33,028 nt of DNA from Chiloscyllium plagiosum (GCF_004010195.1 NW_025215378.1:72650-105677); one strand, 5' to 3'. Positions 1-10,890 are shown, counted from the first letter of the stretch. Notes: a model not told the origin generated them from the sequence alone. Made by a program: numbers and translations.

Positions 1-253
1 ATATAAAAGAGAACTAAGGGGCAACTTTTTCACGCAGAGGGTGGTACGTGTATGGAATGAGCTGCCAGAGGATGTGGTGGAGGCTGGTACAATTGCAACT
101 TTTAAGAGACATTTGGATGGGTATATGAATAGGAAGGGTTGGAGGAATATGGACTGGCTGCGGGCAGGTGGGACTAGATCGGGTTGGGATATCTGGTTGG
201 CATGGACGGGTTGGACCGAAGAGTCTGTTTCCATGCTGCGCATTTCTATGACT
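1..253 (+). mobile_element. CR1-clade (HER1-like) LINE 3' end, cut by window edge
   Basis: ORF2 C-terminal peptide FFTQRVVRVWNELPEDVVEAGTIATFKRHLDGYM, then CR1 3'UTR (..GGACCGAAG..TCTGTTTCCATGCTG..) and CTATGACT tail. Confidence 0.9.
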
Positions 254-288
254 CGATCAGGAATTTCTTATGGTCTTAAATCTATTTG

Positions 289-527
289 TTTTGTGAGAGG
301 GTGGTGCATGTATGGAATGAGCTGCCAGAGGAAGTGGTGGAGGCTGGTACAGTTACAACATTTAAAAGGCATCTGGATGGGTACATGAATAGGGAGGGTT
401 TGGAGGGATATGGGCCGGGTGCTGGCAGGTGGAACTAGATTGGGTTGGGATATCTGGTCGGCATGGACGGGTTGGACCGAAGGGTCTGTTTCCGTGCTGT
501 ACATCTCTATGACTCTGTGACTCTATA
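289..527 (+). mobile_element. Second CR1-clade LINE 3' end, 5'-truncated, directly after the first
   Basis: Same sequence family as 1-253; ends in (CTCTATGA/CTCTGTGA) repeat tail. Confidence 0.9.
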
Positions 528-656
528 ACAGGGTTGATGGGCTGAATGGCCTCCTCCTATTCCTATGTCCCTCAGGTTCTTTTGGTATAGAAATGGGTCT
601 TACACTGAACTTACAACGGTGTAGTAGGGAAAGGAAACCAGAGGAGGTCCAAGGCA

Positions 657-750
657 GGGTCACTCAACCTGAAACGTTAACTCTGATATCTCTCCACAGA
701 TGCTGCCAGACCTGCTGAGCTTTTCCAGCAACTTCTGTTTTTGTTGCAGA
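657..750 (+). mobile_element. PLE-derived short repeat, family C, with partial hammerhead core
   Basis: GGGTCACTCAACCT-GAAACGTTAAC followed by CTCTCCACAGATGCTGCCAGACCTGCTGAG; related copies at 22270-22392, 29020-29130, 32040-32137 and 32290-32492. Confidence 0.7.
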
Positions 751-1051
751 GGGAAGTTAACTGCCTTGAACTTTTCCAGTTGGTTTTTCAGATGAAGCGT
801 GTTTTTCTAATCTATGAGGAAGCAACATAGTTTCTCCACACCAGTGTCTGTATGTGGTCAAACATCTCACATCATGCAGTATCAGGGCACTAATTAAAAA
901 CAGAATGCTTCCAGGACTGGAATCCCATCGGCTGGATTTGCTGGAGGGCAGTATCTGATGATCTGACTGTTACCCAGGCAGGTTCCCCACATCCCTCAGT
1001 CCTCTCAGCAACTTTGTGATCTCCTGATACTGTGACCTGGCTGTGGAGACA

Positions 1052-1517
1052 AAATTGGCTTGCCCACAGAAGGCAGAGGGTAGTGGGGGAAAGGTGTTTA
1101 CAGGCTGGAGGTCAGTGAATGGTGGTGCTGTACAGGGATTGTAATGGGACCTCTGCTCTTTGTGATACACATACATGACTTGGATGAAAATGTAGTTGGG
1201 TGGGTTAGTAAGTTTGCGGATGATTCAAACATCAGTGGAGTTATGGGTAGTGTAGAAGGTTGTTAAAGGATACAGTGGGATATAGATCAGTTACAGATAT
1301 GGGTAGAGAAATGGCAGATGGAGGTTAATCCGGGTAAGTATGAGGTGCTGCACTTTGGGAGATCAAATATTAAGGAAAAGTATACAGTTAATGGCAGGTC
1401 CCTGAACAGCATTGATGCACAGAGCGATCTTGGGGTTTAACTCCATAGCTCCCTGAAAGTGGCCATGCAAGCAGATAGGGTGGTATAGAAGACATAAGGC
1501 ATGCTTAATTTTATTGG
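1052..1517 (+). mobile_element. Degenerate CR1 LINE reverse-transcriptase fragment
   Basis: Frameshifted GPLLFVI.I.DLDENVVGWVSKFADD..ISG, then WVEKWQME.NP.KYEVLHFGRSN motifs. Confidence 0.85.
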
Positions 1518-1630
1518 TACTTACAAACGTTTGCTTTAAACTGTCCTGAATTGTATTCTGACTTGCGTACAAATCAACTTGTGTATAGACTCTGCAATGG
1601 AATCCATTCAAAACCCAGGGACTGCCTGTA
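1518..1630. mobile_element. Tigger/Tc1-mariner-like MITE right end
   Basis: Ends CAGGGACTGCCTG|TA (reverse complement TA|CAGGCAGTCCCTG, Tigger-type TIR plus TA target); same terminus at 17676-17690 and similar internal sequence at 17305-17350. Confidence 0.55.
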
Positions 1631-2814
1631 TGTCATATAATTGTCTCACCTCAGAGAAATGCAGAGCTAACAGAGTTTGTAAGCATGGTTACAAGGGCTT
1701 TAAGTATCTGCCCATCCACAAAATGACAGCACCATGCTTATAACTCAGCTTTCAGTTGGTTTACTTTCGCTCTGAGTCATCACCCAGGCTTAACCAAGCA
1801 AGCACAGTGAGCATAGACGAAGTTACTCAATTTCGAACAACTGCTTTGTAGTCTGGAGGTTGTTCAAGGAGATATCTAAATGCACATTCTTCCTTCCTTT
1901 CAAAGTGGTCACCTTGATCTTCCTATGCAGATGGAATACTGACCTCTTGAAACAACTGCTCACTTTTTAAACCACAAACCCTCATCTTGTGCTCACAGTT
2001 TCAATCTCATTGATCAAAGACCTCCCAGTGTGTAACCAGGAACTCTGTTGCTGATGGTCTGGGCACCAAACTGGCAAAAGGAAAGAGACCGTATTTGCAG
2101 TGGAAATTGAGAAAAAAGGCAAACCCACTCAGCAAAATAACCCTTCAAAGATTCTGCATCAAAGTGATTATATTCCATTCCATCGACAATTGCCTCCCTC
2201 TGCAGGTGATAATTGTTCTTTGCAATTCCCAATTTGCCATGAAATATGCTCCCATTTTTCTTATTATCAAGTCACTGTCAATGATCATAAGTCATGAAAT
2301 TGGATTACACTGAGTCTCCCTCTACACAGTCCCCTGAAAAATGATATCTCTTTAACTGACTCACAGCAATGCAACACATTTGTCAGCAGCACTCTCTCCC
2401 CACTCCATTCTTAGCTTTTGTTACGGACTGAAAGCCAATCCATAAATTAGGCTGCCCTCTTTTCAAAAACAGCTACAAAGGTTACATTTCAAGAATTCCG
2501 CTCTCCTCCTGTCTGCCCCAGTCTAACCTTACCCTCACTATTAGAGGGAGGGTCAAAGAATCTGATTCTGTGAGCAGTGACCATTTCAGGCCACAGCTCA
2601 GGAGACTGTTTAAGATCCTGATACAGGAATATACCCCAATAAAAGTAACAGGAAACTGGGGTTGGGAGGTTTCCCGGATTCTTTGGAACTGGAAAAGCAA
2701 ATGACAAGTTCCTGCAATTTGTGGAAATGAATTTTGTATCATAGATTAAAACAATCTTTCAGGGAAAGAAGATTTCTGTCTTTTTCCCACTGACACCCAC
2801 CAGACCCCTTGGAA

Positions 2815-3370
2815 CCTCTCCACCCTCCTCTCCCTCTCCCTCCTCTCCCTCCTCCTCCCTCCCTTCCCTCCTCTCCACCCTCCTCTCGCTCTCCCTCCTC
2901 TCCCTCCTCTCCCTCCTCACCTTCCTCTCCTTCCTCTCCCTCCTCTCCTTTCTCTCCCTCCTCACCCTCCTCTCCTTCCTCACCCTCCTCACCCTCCTCA
3001 CCCTCCTCACCCTCCTCACCCTCCTCTGCCTCCACTCCTTCCTCACCTNNNNNNNNNNNNNNNNNNNNNNNNNNNNNNNNNNNNNNNNNNNNNNNNNNNN
3101 NNNNNNNNNNNNNNNNNNNNNNNNNNNNNNNNNNNNNNNNNNNNNNNNNNNNNNNNNNNNNNNNNNNNNNNNNNNNNNNNNNNNNNNNNNNNNNNNNNNN
3201 NNNNNNNNNNNNNNNNNNNNNNNNNNNNNNNNCTCCTTTCCCTCCTCCTCCCTTCCCTCCTCCCTCTCCCTCCCTTCCCTCCTCCTCCCTCTCCCTCCTC
3301 CCTCTCCCTCCCTTCCCTCCTCCTCCCTCTCCCTCTCCCTCACTCTCCCTCACTCTCCCTTCTCCCTCCC
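2815..3370. repeat. Polypyrimidine (CCT/CCCTCCTCW)n low-complexity tract spanning an N gap
   Basis: Near-pure C/T tract with 9-bp periodic units; N-run at 3049-3232. Confidence 0.95.
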
Positions 3371-3399
3371 TGCAGCAGCTCCCGTGCACTCCTTCGAAG

Positions 3400-3640
3400 A
3401 TGGTGAGGAATTGGAAATAAATGCCAACCAGTATGCCTCCGGTGCCGTTCCTGAAATAGTGCTGTGTGATCGTCTTCAGCCAGCCATAGGGCTGATAAAA
3501 CCAGAACCTTGTTAAAAAAACAGCATCTCTGACAGTGCAGCACTGCCCCAAGGTGGCACTGGGAGAAACAGCCTCAAGGTGTTTAGATTAGGGCGTTGAT
3601 CATAAGGTCTTCTGACCCTGAGATGAGAGCTGCCCACTGA
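3400..3640 (-). mobile_element. Old Deu-domain-type SINE relic (SacSINE1/AmnSINE1-like)
   Basis: Reverse strand reads GTGCTGCACTGTCAGAGATGCTG..TTAACAAGG, resembling the DeuSINE core as I recall it; related relics at 6020-6230, 7200-7500 and 13545-13710. Confidence 0.5.
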
Positions 3641-3644
3641 CTCT

Positions 3645-4080
3645 TATAAGACCGTAGGAGATAGGAGCCCATCGATTCTGCTCTATCATTTGATCTCAGC
3701 TGATCTATTTCTCAACTCCATTCCCCTGTCTTCTCCCCATAACCCTTGACCCCCTTACCAATCAGGAACCTATCAATCTCTGTCTTAACTACACTCAATA
3801 ACTTGGCCTTCACAGCCCCCTCTGGCACTGAGTCCCACAGGTTCCCCACCCTCTGGCTGAAGAAATTCCTCCTCATCTCGGTTCTAAAGGGTCACCCCTT
3901 CACTCTCAGGCTGTTCCCTCGGGTCCGTGTCTCTCCTACTGGGAACATCTTCTCCATGTCCACTCTATCCGGGCCTCTCAGTAAGTTTCAATCAGATCAC
4001 CCCTCATTCTTCTCAACTCCATCGAGTACAGACCCAGAGTCCTCAACCATTCCTCGTATGACAAACCCTTCATCCCCTGA
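3645..4080 (-). mobile_element. CR1-clade LINE 3' fragment
   Basis: Minus-strand MKGLSYEEWLRTLGLYSMELRRMRGDLIETY, then HSLRVKG.PFRTEMRRNFFSQRVGNLWDS and 3'UTR. Confidence 0.88.
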
Positions 4081-4789
4081 ATCAGTCTGAATACTGATGG
4101 GACAAACTCCCATTGTGGTCTCAGTGACGATGATAAGTGAGTGTTAATTTCGACTGAAAAGTGACTATTTCCAAGAATGTTTAATCCACGCTGTTTGAAC
4201 CCAAGTAGTAAAGTTGCTGATGTGAACAACTTTACCATCACCATCATGACTTTCACCCTCGATGTAATCCCACTATTTTGTTGAGGCAATTAAATATTGA
4301 TGCTCATCACTGTAAAAATGATCAGAGGCGGTTTAATCTTGAATCATTAAACTGAGAGGGGAAAGGGTGGACTCAGAAACTTTTAACAATCGTCCTGCTT
4401 GATCAGTTTCAATGAAATCACTTTCGTCCAGCTCAGTATGATTTATGTGCAGTTTATCTCAGCAGCTCATGAACACTGTTACTCATTTCAGCCCTTCCGA
4501 ACTGTCATGGGTGAAATGAGCCACTGTCAAAATTGTTTTGCTCCCCGCAGGAGTTCACGGGAAGTTAAAAGAGAAATCCAGGTCACCTTTCAATTACAGC
4601 CATTGGTTCAATTTAGCTCATTTCTCATGAGGGATAACTCCACGGTACTTACCAAAGTTTGGTATTTTCCAAGCATGCTTTATTTAGAAAGAAAGAGTTA
4701 CATTTATACAGCACCCTGCACAACCACCAGACACGTCGAAGCACTTTAAAAGCCAGGAATTTCCTTTAAATTGCAGTTGCTGTTGTAAA

Positions 4790-5050
4790 CATGAGAATGT
4801 AACAACCAGGAGTAGGCTGTCTGACCCATCGGGCCTGTCCCACCACTCAATAAGATCATGGCTAATCTTTCCATGGACTCAGCTCCACCCACCCACCCTC
4901 TCACCGCCTAATCTTTAACTCTTTCACTGTTCAAACATCTACCTATCTTTGTCTTAAAAATATTTGATGAGGCAGCCTCACTTGCTTCACTGGGCAGAGA
5001 ATTCTACAGATTCACAACCTTTTGGGTGTAGAAGATCCCCTTCATCTCAG
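4790..5050 (-). mobile_element. CR1-clade LINE 3' end
   Basis: Minus strand FYTQKVVNL..SLPSEASEA..SNIFKTKIGRCL plus 3'UTR (CATGATCTTATTGAGTGG..GCCTACTCCTG). Confidence 0.8.
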
Positions 5051-5401
5051 TAATATAGAAATATAGAAATAATATCGAATATACAATACGGAAACTCAGG
5101 AGCCAATTTCAACTGAGCTCAGACAGGAAATTGATAATGGCCTTTTTAAATGATTGAGGGGTGAATATGGACCATAAGGGAATTCAGAATGGGGGGCACG
5201 GTGGCTCAGTGGTTAGCACTGCTGCTACACAGCACCAGGGACCCAGGTTCAATTCCAGCCTTGGGACACTGTCTGTGTGGAGTTTGCACATTCTCCCCGT
5301 GTCTGTGTGGGTTTCCTCCGGGTGCTCCTGTTTCCTCCCACAGTCCAAAGATGTGCAGGTCAGGTGATTTGGCCATGGGAAATGGCCCATCGTGTCATAG
5401 A

Positions 5402-5543
5402 CACAAACTTTCCTCATTCCTGAAGAAGGGCTTATGCCCAAAACGTCGATTCTCCTGTTCCCTGGATGCTGCCTGACCTGCTGCGCTTTTCCAGCAACAC
5501 ATTTTCAGCTCTGATCTCTAGCATCTGCAGACCTCACTTTCTC
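5402..5543 (+). mobile_element. PLE-derived family A unit with hammerhead core, inserted in SINE with 16-bp TSD
   Basis: CCCATCGTGTCATAGA duplicated at 5386-5401 and 5544-5559; contains CTGAAGA-AGGGCTTATGCCC-AAAACGTC. Confidence 0.85.
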
Positions 5544-5580
5544 CCCATCGTGTCATAGAGATGTGTAGGTTAGTTGCATT

Positions 5581-5896
5581 AGATTAGATTAGATTAGATT
5601 ACAGTGTGGAACAGGCCCTTCGGCCCAACAAGTCCACACTGACCCGCCGAAGCGAAACCCACCCATACCCCTACATTTACCCCTTACCTAACACTACGCG
5701 CAATTTAGCTTGGCCAATTCACCTGACCCTGCACATCTTTGGACTGTGGGAGGAAACCGGAGCACCCGGAGGAAACCCACGCAGACACGGGGAGAACATG
5801 CAAACTCCACACAGTCAGTCGCCTGAGGCGGGAATTGAACCTGGGTCTCCGGCGCTGTGAGGGAGCAGTGGTAACCACTGTGCCACCGTGCCACCC
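5581..5896 (-). mobile_element. Full-length HE1-like SINE nested antisense in another SINE
   Basis: Minus strand starts GGGTGGCACGGTGGCACAGTGG, has B box GGTTCAATTCC, V-domain and (AATCT)n tail. Confidence 0.9.
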
Positions 5897-6019
5897 ACGG
5901 TGTTAGTTAGGGGTAAATGTCGAGGAACAGGTCTGGGTAGGTTACTCTTCGGAGGGTCAGTGTGGATTTATTGGGCCAAAGGGCTTGGTTCCACACTGCA
6001 GGGATTCTAATTCTAGATT

Positions 6020-6230
6020 CCTCTTTTTTGAAATATTGCTCATGGAATCCATCAATCCAATGTGGGGCCTGAGTTTTCCCAAAGGACAGCCCTCCAACAG
6101 GGCAGTGATCCCTCTGAGCTACATTGGGATGCATCACCCTCGATGCGGTGTCCCTGGATGGGGATTTAAATCTAGAACCCATATGATTCATGGGCAAGAA
6201 TACAACCCCACAAGATCTCAGCTAACAGCC
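6020..6230 (-). mobile_element. Old Deu-type SINE relic
   Basis: Degenerate similarity to 3400-3640 (CAGCCCTCCAACAGGGCAGTGATCCCTC) with tRNA-like head near 6170-6230. Confidence 0.4.
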
Positions 6231-6234
6231 TATT

Positions 6235-6415
6235 AAAGTCAGAAGTCACACAACACCAGGTTACAGTCCAACAGGTTTCTTTGAAATCACAAGATTTCGG
6301 AGCGCTGCTCCTTCGCCAGGTGAATCTCCGAAAGCTTGTGATTTCAAATAAACCTGTTGGACTGTACCTTGGTGTGGCAGACCTTGTCCATCCCAGTCCA
6401 ACACCAGCCCCTCCT
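6235..6415. mobile_element. PLE-derived family B inverted pair
   Basis: ACACCAGGTTACAGTCCAACAGGTTT..GAAATCACAAG..TTTCGGAG, then reverse-complement arm CTCCGAAAGCTTGTGATTTC..AAACCTGTTGGACTGTA..GGTGT. Confidence 0.8.
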
Positions 6416-6540
6416 TATCAACAACCTGTTGGTTAGACTCTTGGTAAAGGCAGAAAAACAGCCAGCCCAGACTCACCATGTTAACTCTGCGTGCCTCTCT
6501 CACACATACTGTCAGACTCACTGAGTTTCTCTTTGTGGCA

Positions 6541-7139
6541 AAAGTGAGGACTGCAGATGCTGGAAACCAGAGTTTAGATCAGAGTGGTGCTGGAAAAGCA
6601 CAGCAGTTCAGGCAGCACCCGAGAAGCAGGAAAATCGACATTTCAGCCAAAAGCCCTTCATCAGGAATAGAGGGCAGGGAGCCTCCAGGGTGGAGAGATA
6701 AATGAGAGGGGGGTGGGGATGGGGAGAAGGTAGCAAAGAATACAATAGGTGAATGGGGGTGGGAATGGAGGTGATAGGTCAGANNNNNNNNNNNNNNNNN
6801 NNNNNNNNNNNNNNNNNNNNNNNNNNNNNNNNNNNNNNNNNNNNNNNNNNNNNNNNNNNNNNNNNNNNNNNNNNNNNNNNNNNNNNNNNNNNNNNNNNNN
6901 NNNNNNNNNNNNNNNNNNNNNNNNNNNNNNNNNNNNNNACCGCATCGGGAGCAACAGATACAATAAATGATATTGGTGGATGTGCAGGTAAAACTTTGGT
7001 GGATGTGGAAGGCTCCTTTGGGGCCTTGGATGGAGGTGAGGAAGGAGGTGTGGGCGCAGGTTTTGCAATTCCTGCGGTGGCAGGGGAAGGTGCCAGGACG
7101 GGACGGTGTGTTGTTGGGTGGTGTGGACCTGACCAGGTA
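6541..7139 (-). mobile_element. 5'-truncated Penelope-like retroelement (GIY-YIG endonuclease region plus 3' pseudo-LTR with hammerhead)
   Basis: Minus strand 7139-6939 translates YLVRSTPPNNTPSRPGTFPCHRRNCKTCAHTSFLTSIQGPKGAFHIHQSFTCTSTNIIYCICCSRCG, the Cys knuckle and IIY-C..C start of a PLE GIY-YIG domain; N gap at 6784-6938; pLTR has CTGATGA-AGGGCTTTTGGCT-GAAATGTC. Confidence 0.88.
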
Positions 7140-7199
7140 TTTTCTCTCTGTGTCTGTTTCAGATTTCCAGTATCCTCAGTATTTTGCCTTTACACATAA

Positions 7200-7500
7200 T
7201 AATCCAGCGTGGAATATCAGTGCTGTCCTGAGCGAGCACTGTATTGTTGCTGGGAATGAGTTTAAACCAAGGCTCTGTCTGTTTTAAAAGGAGACACAGG
7301 AAACCCCTGGGCACCATTCTGATTATGCAGCAGCAGCAATGAAAGTGATGATTTATCTTCCTTGCTGGTCTGGATCATTCTGCGTAAACTGCCCATCTGC
7401 CTGCACTGAAGCAATGACTACACAGGCACCAAATCGGCTCTAAAGCCCTTTAGGATGTCCTGAGGATGTGAGAGGTGCTACATAAATGCAAGTTCTTTCT
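7200..7500 (+). mobile_element. Old Deu-type SINE with L2-like tail
   Basis: GAGTTTAAACCAAGGCTCTGTCT core and 3' tail AAAGCCCTTTAGGATGTCCTGAGG..GGTGCTACATAAATGCAAGTTCTTT. Confidence 0.5.
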
Positions 7501-8261
7501 GACTTCATGTTATCGGACTAGAAGTCTTGACTATGTCCCTGCATCCGACAAGCTAACGCCCACTCCCCGCTCCTGCAGCTGACAGACCCCCAGATGGTGA
7601 GCTGTTTGCTCAGGTTGTGCTTTCAGTTGGAATTAGCTGCGGACCAATACAAATTGCCACACAGTGCCAGTTTAGATTGTAGGACTTGCATTTCTGTAAC
7701 AACTCAACACTTCATAATTGATGACCTGCTGTTATCTGCGCTGTGTGCTGTACGAAAGCAGGTAAAAATACAAGTTTACTTTCTGAAATATAAACGCCAC
7801 CTTCTCCTTCTACCTGCCAAGACAATATGAGGCTGTGGGTCAAATGTTGGACAATGGGAGTAGAATAGTGAGGTGGATAATTTTGACTTGATGGGCTGAA
7901 GGGCCTTTTTCCATGCTGTAGAGCTCTCTGAGTGTCACCTTTGATGAGAAACCTATTTGCAGCAATACAGCCCTTCTTCATACACCAGGAAGCCCAATAC
8001 CAGCTCACTGAACCTGCTGATAAAATGATCAGGTATTGAGCAGCAGACTGAATCCCCAGACACTCATGTTAAATTCATTGCTGATAGACATTGCAGCCAA
8101 CAGTTTTGCCCTTGGCTCTTTAACAATGGATCAATTATTAAAGAATATCCCTGCTCTGACAGTACAGTGCAGTGCCTGCTATGCTAACTGACTGAAACTA
8201 AAGCTTTGACTGTGCACTAACTCCTTCACTACCAGGGTCTGCACCAAATAATAATGATTTG

Positions 8262-8321
8262 TGCTAGTGTGCTTCCAATTAAACCTGTTGGACTATAACC
8301 TGGTGTGGTGTGATTTTTAAC
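8262..8321 (+). mobile_element. PLE-derived family B fragment
   Basis: GCTAGTGTGCTTCCAATTAAACCTGTTGGACTATAACCTGGTG..TGATTTTTAAC, nearly identical to 21022-21080. Confidence 0.8.
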
Positions 8322-8471
8322 CAAATAATAATGGAACTGGACAAACACATTGAGGACATTAATTAGACCACTACTGGAATACTGTGTGCAATTCTGGTCT
8401 TCCTGCTACAGGAAAGATGTTGTGAAACTTGAAAGAATTCAGAAAAGATTTAGAAGGATGTTGCCAGGGTT

Positions 8472-9116
8472 TACAAAGTTACAAATCACACAACACCAGG
8501 TTATAGTCCAACAGGTTTAATTGGAAGTACTAGCTTTCTGAGCGCTGCTCCTTCATCAGGTGGTTGTGGAGTATAAGATTATAAGACTCAGAATTTATAG
8601 CAAAAGTTTACAGTGTGATGTAACTGAAATTATATATTGAAAAATACCTTGATTGTTTGTTAAATCTCTCATCTGTTAGAGTCACCATGTTAGTTTCACT
8701 TCTTTCATATGTAAATCACAAAACTTTTTTTAACACATACACACAAACACACGCACATATATGTTTGTGTGGTGAATTTGTACTTGTAGAGTTACATTGT
8801 ACTTTGCTCAAAAACTGCATGAATCCATGTAAGACTCTGATAACTCACTTTTTAGATTAGAATCTGTCTAAACAGTATGGCACAGACAGGGAACACAGGG
8901 AACTAACACCTTCAACATCTTATCTGTGCTGATACCAATTGTTACAGTTAACCTGAGAAGGTAACTTCATATGAAAGAAATGAAACTATCATGGTCATTC
9001 TAACAGATGAGAGACTTAACAAACAATCAAGGTAATTAAACCTGTTGGACTATAACCTGGTGTTGTGTGATTTTTAACTTTGTACACCCCAGTCCAACAC
9101 CAGCAGCTCCAAATCA
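8472..9116. mobile_element. Long PLE-derived family B insertion with inverted ends and internal inversion
   Basis: Flanked by TTGCCAGGGTT (8461-8471) and TTGCCAGAGTT (9117-9127); arms 8472-8522 and 9034-9084 are reverse complements; hammerhead core on minus strand at 8528-8563. Confidence 0.82.
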
Positions 9117-9269
9117 TTGCCAGAGTTGGAGAGTTTGAGCTACAGAGAGAGGGTGAATATACTGGGGCTGTTTTCCCTGGAGCGTTGGAGGCTGAGGGGT
9201 GACCTTATGGAGATATATAAAATCACAAAGGGTGCGGATAGGGTAAATAGACAAGGTCTTTACCCTGGG

Positions 9270-9414
9270 ATGAAAGTGAGGACTGCAGATGCTGGAGATC
9301 AGAGNNNNNNNNNNNNNNNNNNNNNNNNNNNNNNNNNNNNNNNNNNNNNNNNNNNNNNNCCTGCTCCTTGGATGCTGCCTGACCTGCTGCGCTTTTCCAG
9401 CAACACATTTTCAG
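9270..9414. mobile_element. PLE-derived family A inverted pair with 12-bp TSD (centre is an N gap)
   Basis: CTTTACCCTGGG at 9258-9269 and 9415-9426; left piece is minus-oriented and right piece plus-oriented relative to 5402-5543. Confidence 0.8.
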
Positions 9415-9941
9415 CTTTACCCTGGGGTGGGTGAGTCCAGAACTAGAGGGCATAGGTTTAGGGTGAGAGGGGAAAGGTATAAAAGGGATCTAAGGAACAA
9501 TTTTTTCACAGAGAGGGTGGTACATGTATGGAATGAGCTGCCAGAGGAAGTGGTGGAGGCTGGTACAATTGCAATATCTAAAAAGCATCTGGATGGGTAT
9601 ATGAATAGGAAGGGTCAGAGGGATATGGGCCAGGTACTGGCCGGTGGGACAAGGTTAATTGTAGGATATCTGGTCAGTATGGGTGAGTTGGCCTGAAGGG
9701 TCTGTTTCTGTGCTGTCCATCTTTATGACTCAGACTGTAACACTGACAAGGACCATTTTGGTCTGTGCCATGACTAGTTAATACCTGAAGAAGTTCAGGA
9801 CTCTGCTGATCTAATACAAAGATCGGTTTTCTCCTTTTGAAAATAAATTAAAAGCAATCCACGGGAAATGTGAAACGCAGAATTATGGAAGATACGGTAC
9901 ATGTTTATCCTTATGAACTCTGACCCTGGGCTGAAGATGAA

Positions 9942-10211
9942 CAGATTCTGGATTAGTGGTGCTGGAAGAGCACAGCAGTTCAGGCAGCATCCGAGGAGCA
10001 GCGAAATCGACGTTTCGGGCAAAAACCCTTCATCAGGAATGAAGGTAGAGAGCCTGAAGCATGGAGAGAGAGGAGGAAAACTTCTTCAAGGCAGGCATCC
10101 TTGCAAGAGGATTCGCAGTAGCGTTAAAATCAACGAGGTGAAAACAATGACTGCAGATGCTGGAAACCAGATTCTGGATTAGTGGTGCTGGAAGAGCACA
10201 GCAGTTCAGGC
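9942..10211 (-). mobile_element. Penelope-like partial tandem (two pLTR segments), with intact hammerhead core
   Basis: CAGATTCTGGATTAGTGGTGCTGGAAGAGCACAGCAGTTCAGGC repeated at 9942 and 10168; minus strand 10040-10005 is ATTC-CTGATGA-AGGGTTTTTGCCC-GAAACGTC-GATT. Confidence 0.85.
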
Positions 10212-10744
10212 GACAGGTGGTCTCACCCAGGATATTGTGATTTTGAACACATTTTGATTTGCCCTTGTTGTGTAATCCAGCATTTCACTGACTATTTATT
10301 GTTGATTCACGAAGATTTGGCACATCCAGCCCTGAGGTAACACTGGGGACTGCTCACACCGTGTTGATGTTGGCTGGAGAGACTCTCAATGAAATGGGAA
10401 TATTTGGATAGTGTTCAGCGGGGTAAACATTCCCAGCTTCACACACTTTGAAGGAATTGAAGCCTGTGGTCATTGTCTTTGAACGGCTGTGCTTGCTCCC
10501 TAGGACTCTAGTCTTGCTAAAACATTGAGTGACGCACCGTGGTTGGTCACCCTGTCACTGGGCTCCAGGGGAAGGCTAAATGCTCTTAGCTCAGCACTGC
10601 TCCCAGTCATCTATCAGCAACAAACACCTACATTTATATAGAGCCTTAAATGTGGCAAATCACCCCAAGGAGGGGACTTAGGAATGGTTTGACCCTGAGA
10701 CACATGGGAATTAGGTGGACAGACAGCCCTCCCAGTTCCAGGTG

Positions 10745-10890
10745 GAAATGGGTACTGCAGATCTGGAGATTAGAGTCAAGATTAGAGTGATGCTGGAAAA
10801 GCACAATAGGTCAGGCAGCATCCAAGAAGCAGGAAAATCAACGTTTCAGGCAAAAGCCTCATTCCTGATGAAGGGCACCAGCCCGAAAAA
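10745..10890. mobile_element. PLE-derived family A, minus copy plus short inverted hammerhead core
   Basis: Minus copy breaks in stem II at ~10858; plus-strand ATTC-CTGATGA-AGGGCACCAGCCC-GAAA at 10861-10888. Confidence 0.75.

Larger units (their letters stand above)
5191..6015 (+). mobile_element. HE1/V-SINE-like tRNA-derived SINE, interrupted by two nested insertions
   Basis: Pol III A box TGGCTCAGTGG (5202-5212), B box GGTTCAATTCC (5246-5256), V-domain GGAGTTTGCACATTCTCCCCGTGTCTG..CCCACAGTCCAAAGATGTGCAGG; CR1-derived tail resumes at ~5900 and ends GATTCTAATTCTA. Confidence 0.88.
8360..9731 (+). mobile_element. CR1-clade LINE 3' part, interrupted by two PLE-derived insertions
   Basis: [31 protein letters not shown] | ELESLSYRERVNILGLFSLERWRLRGDLMEIYKI | GESRTRGHRFRVRGERYKRDLRNNFFTERVVHVWNELP, ends TTTATGACTC. 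Confidence 0.9.

Noticed and set aside
2739..3551. Glu/Gly-rich and Ser/Pro-rich long ORFs
   Set aside because: Low-complexity CCT tract plus an N gap; no stop codons are possible in such sequence.
7627..7760. Possible exon bounded by TTTCAG and CAG|GTAAAA
   Set aside because: The peptide is not recognisable and such splice-like motifs occur often by chance; no supporting neighbouring exons.
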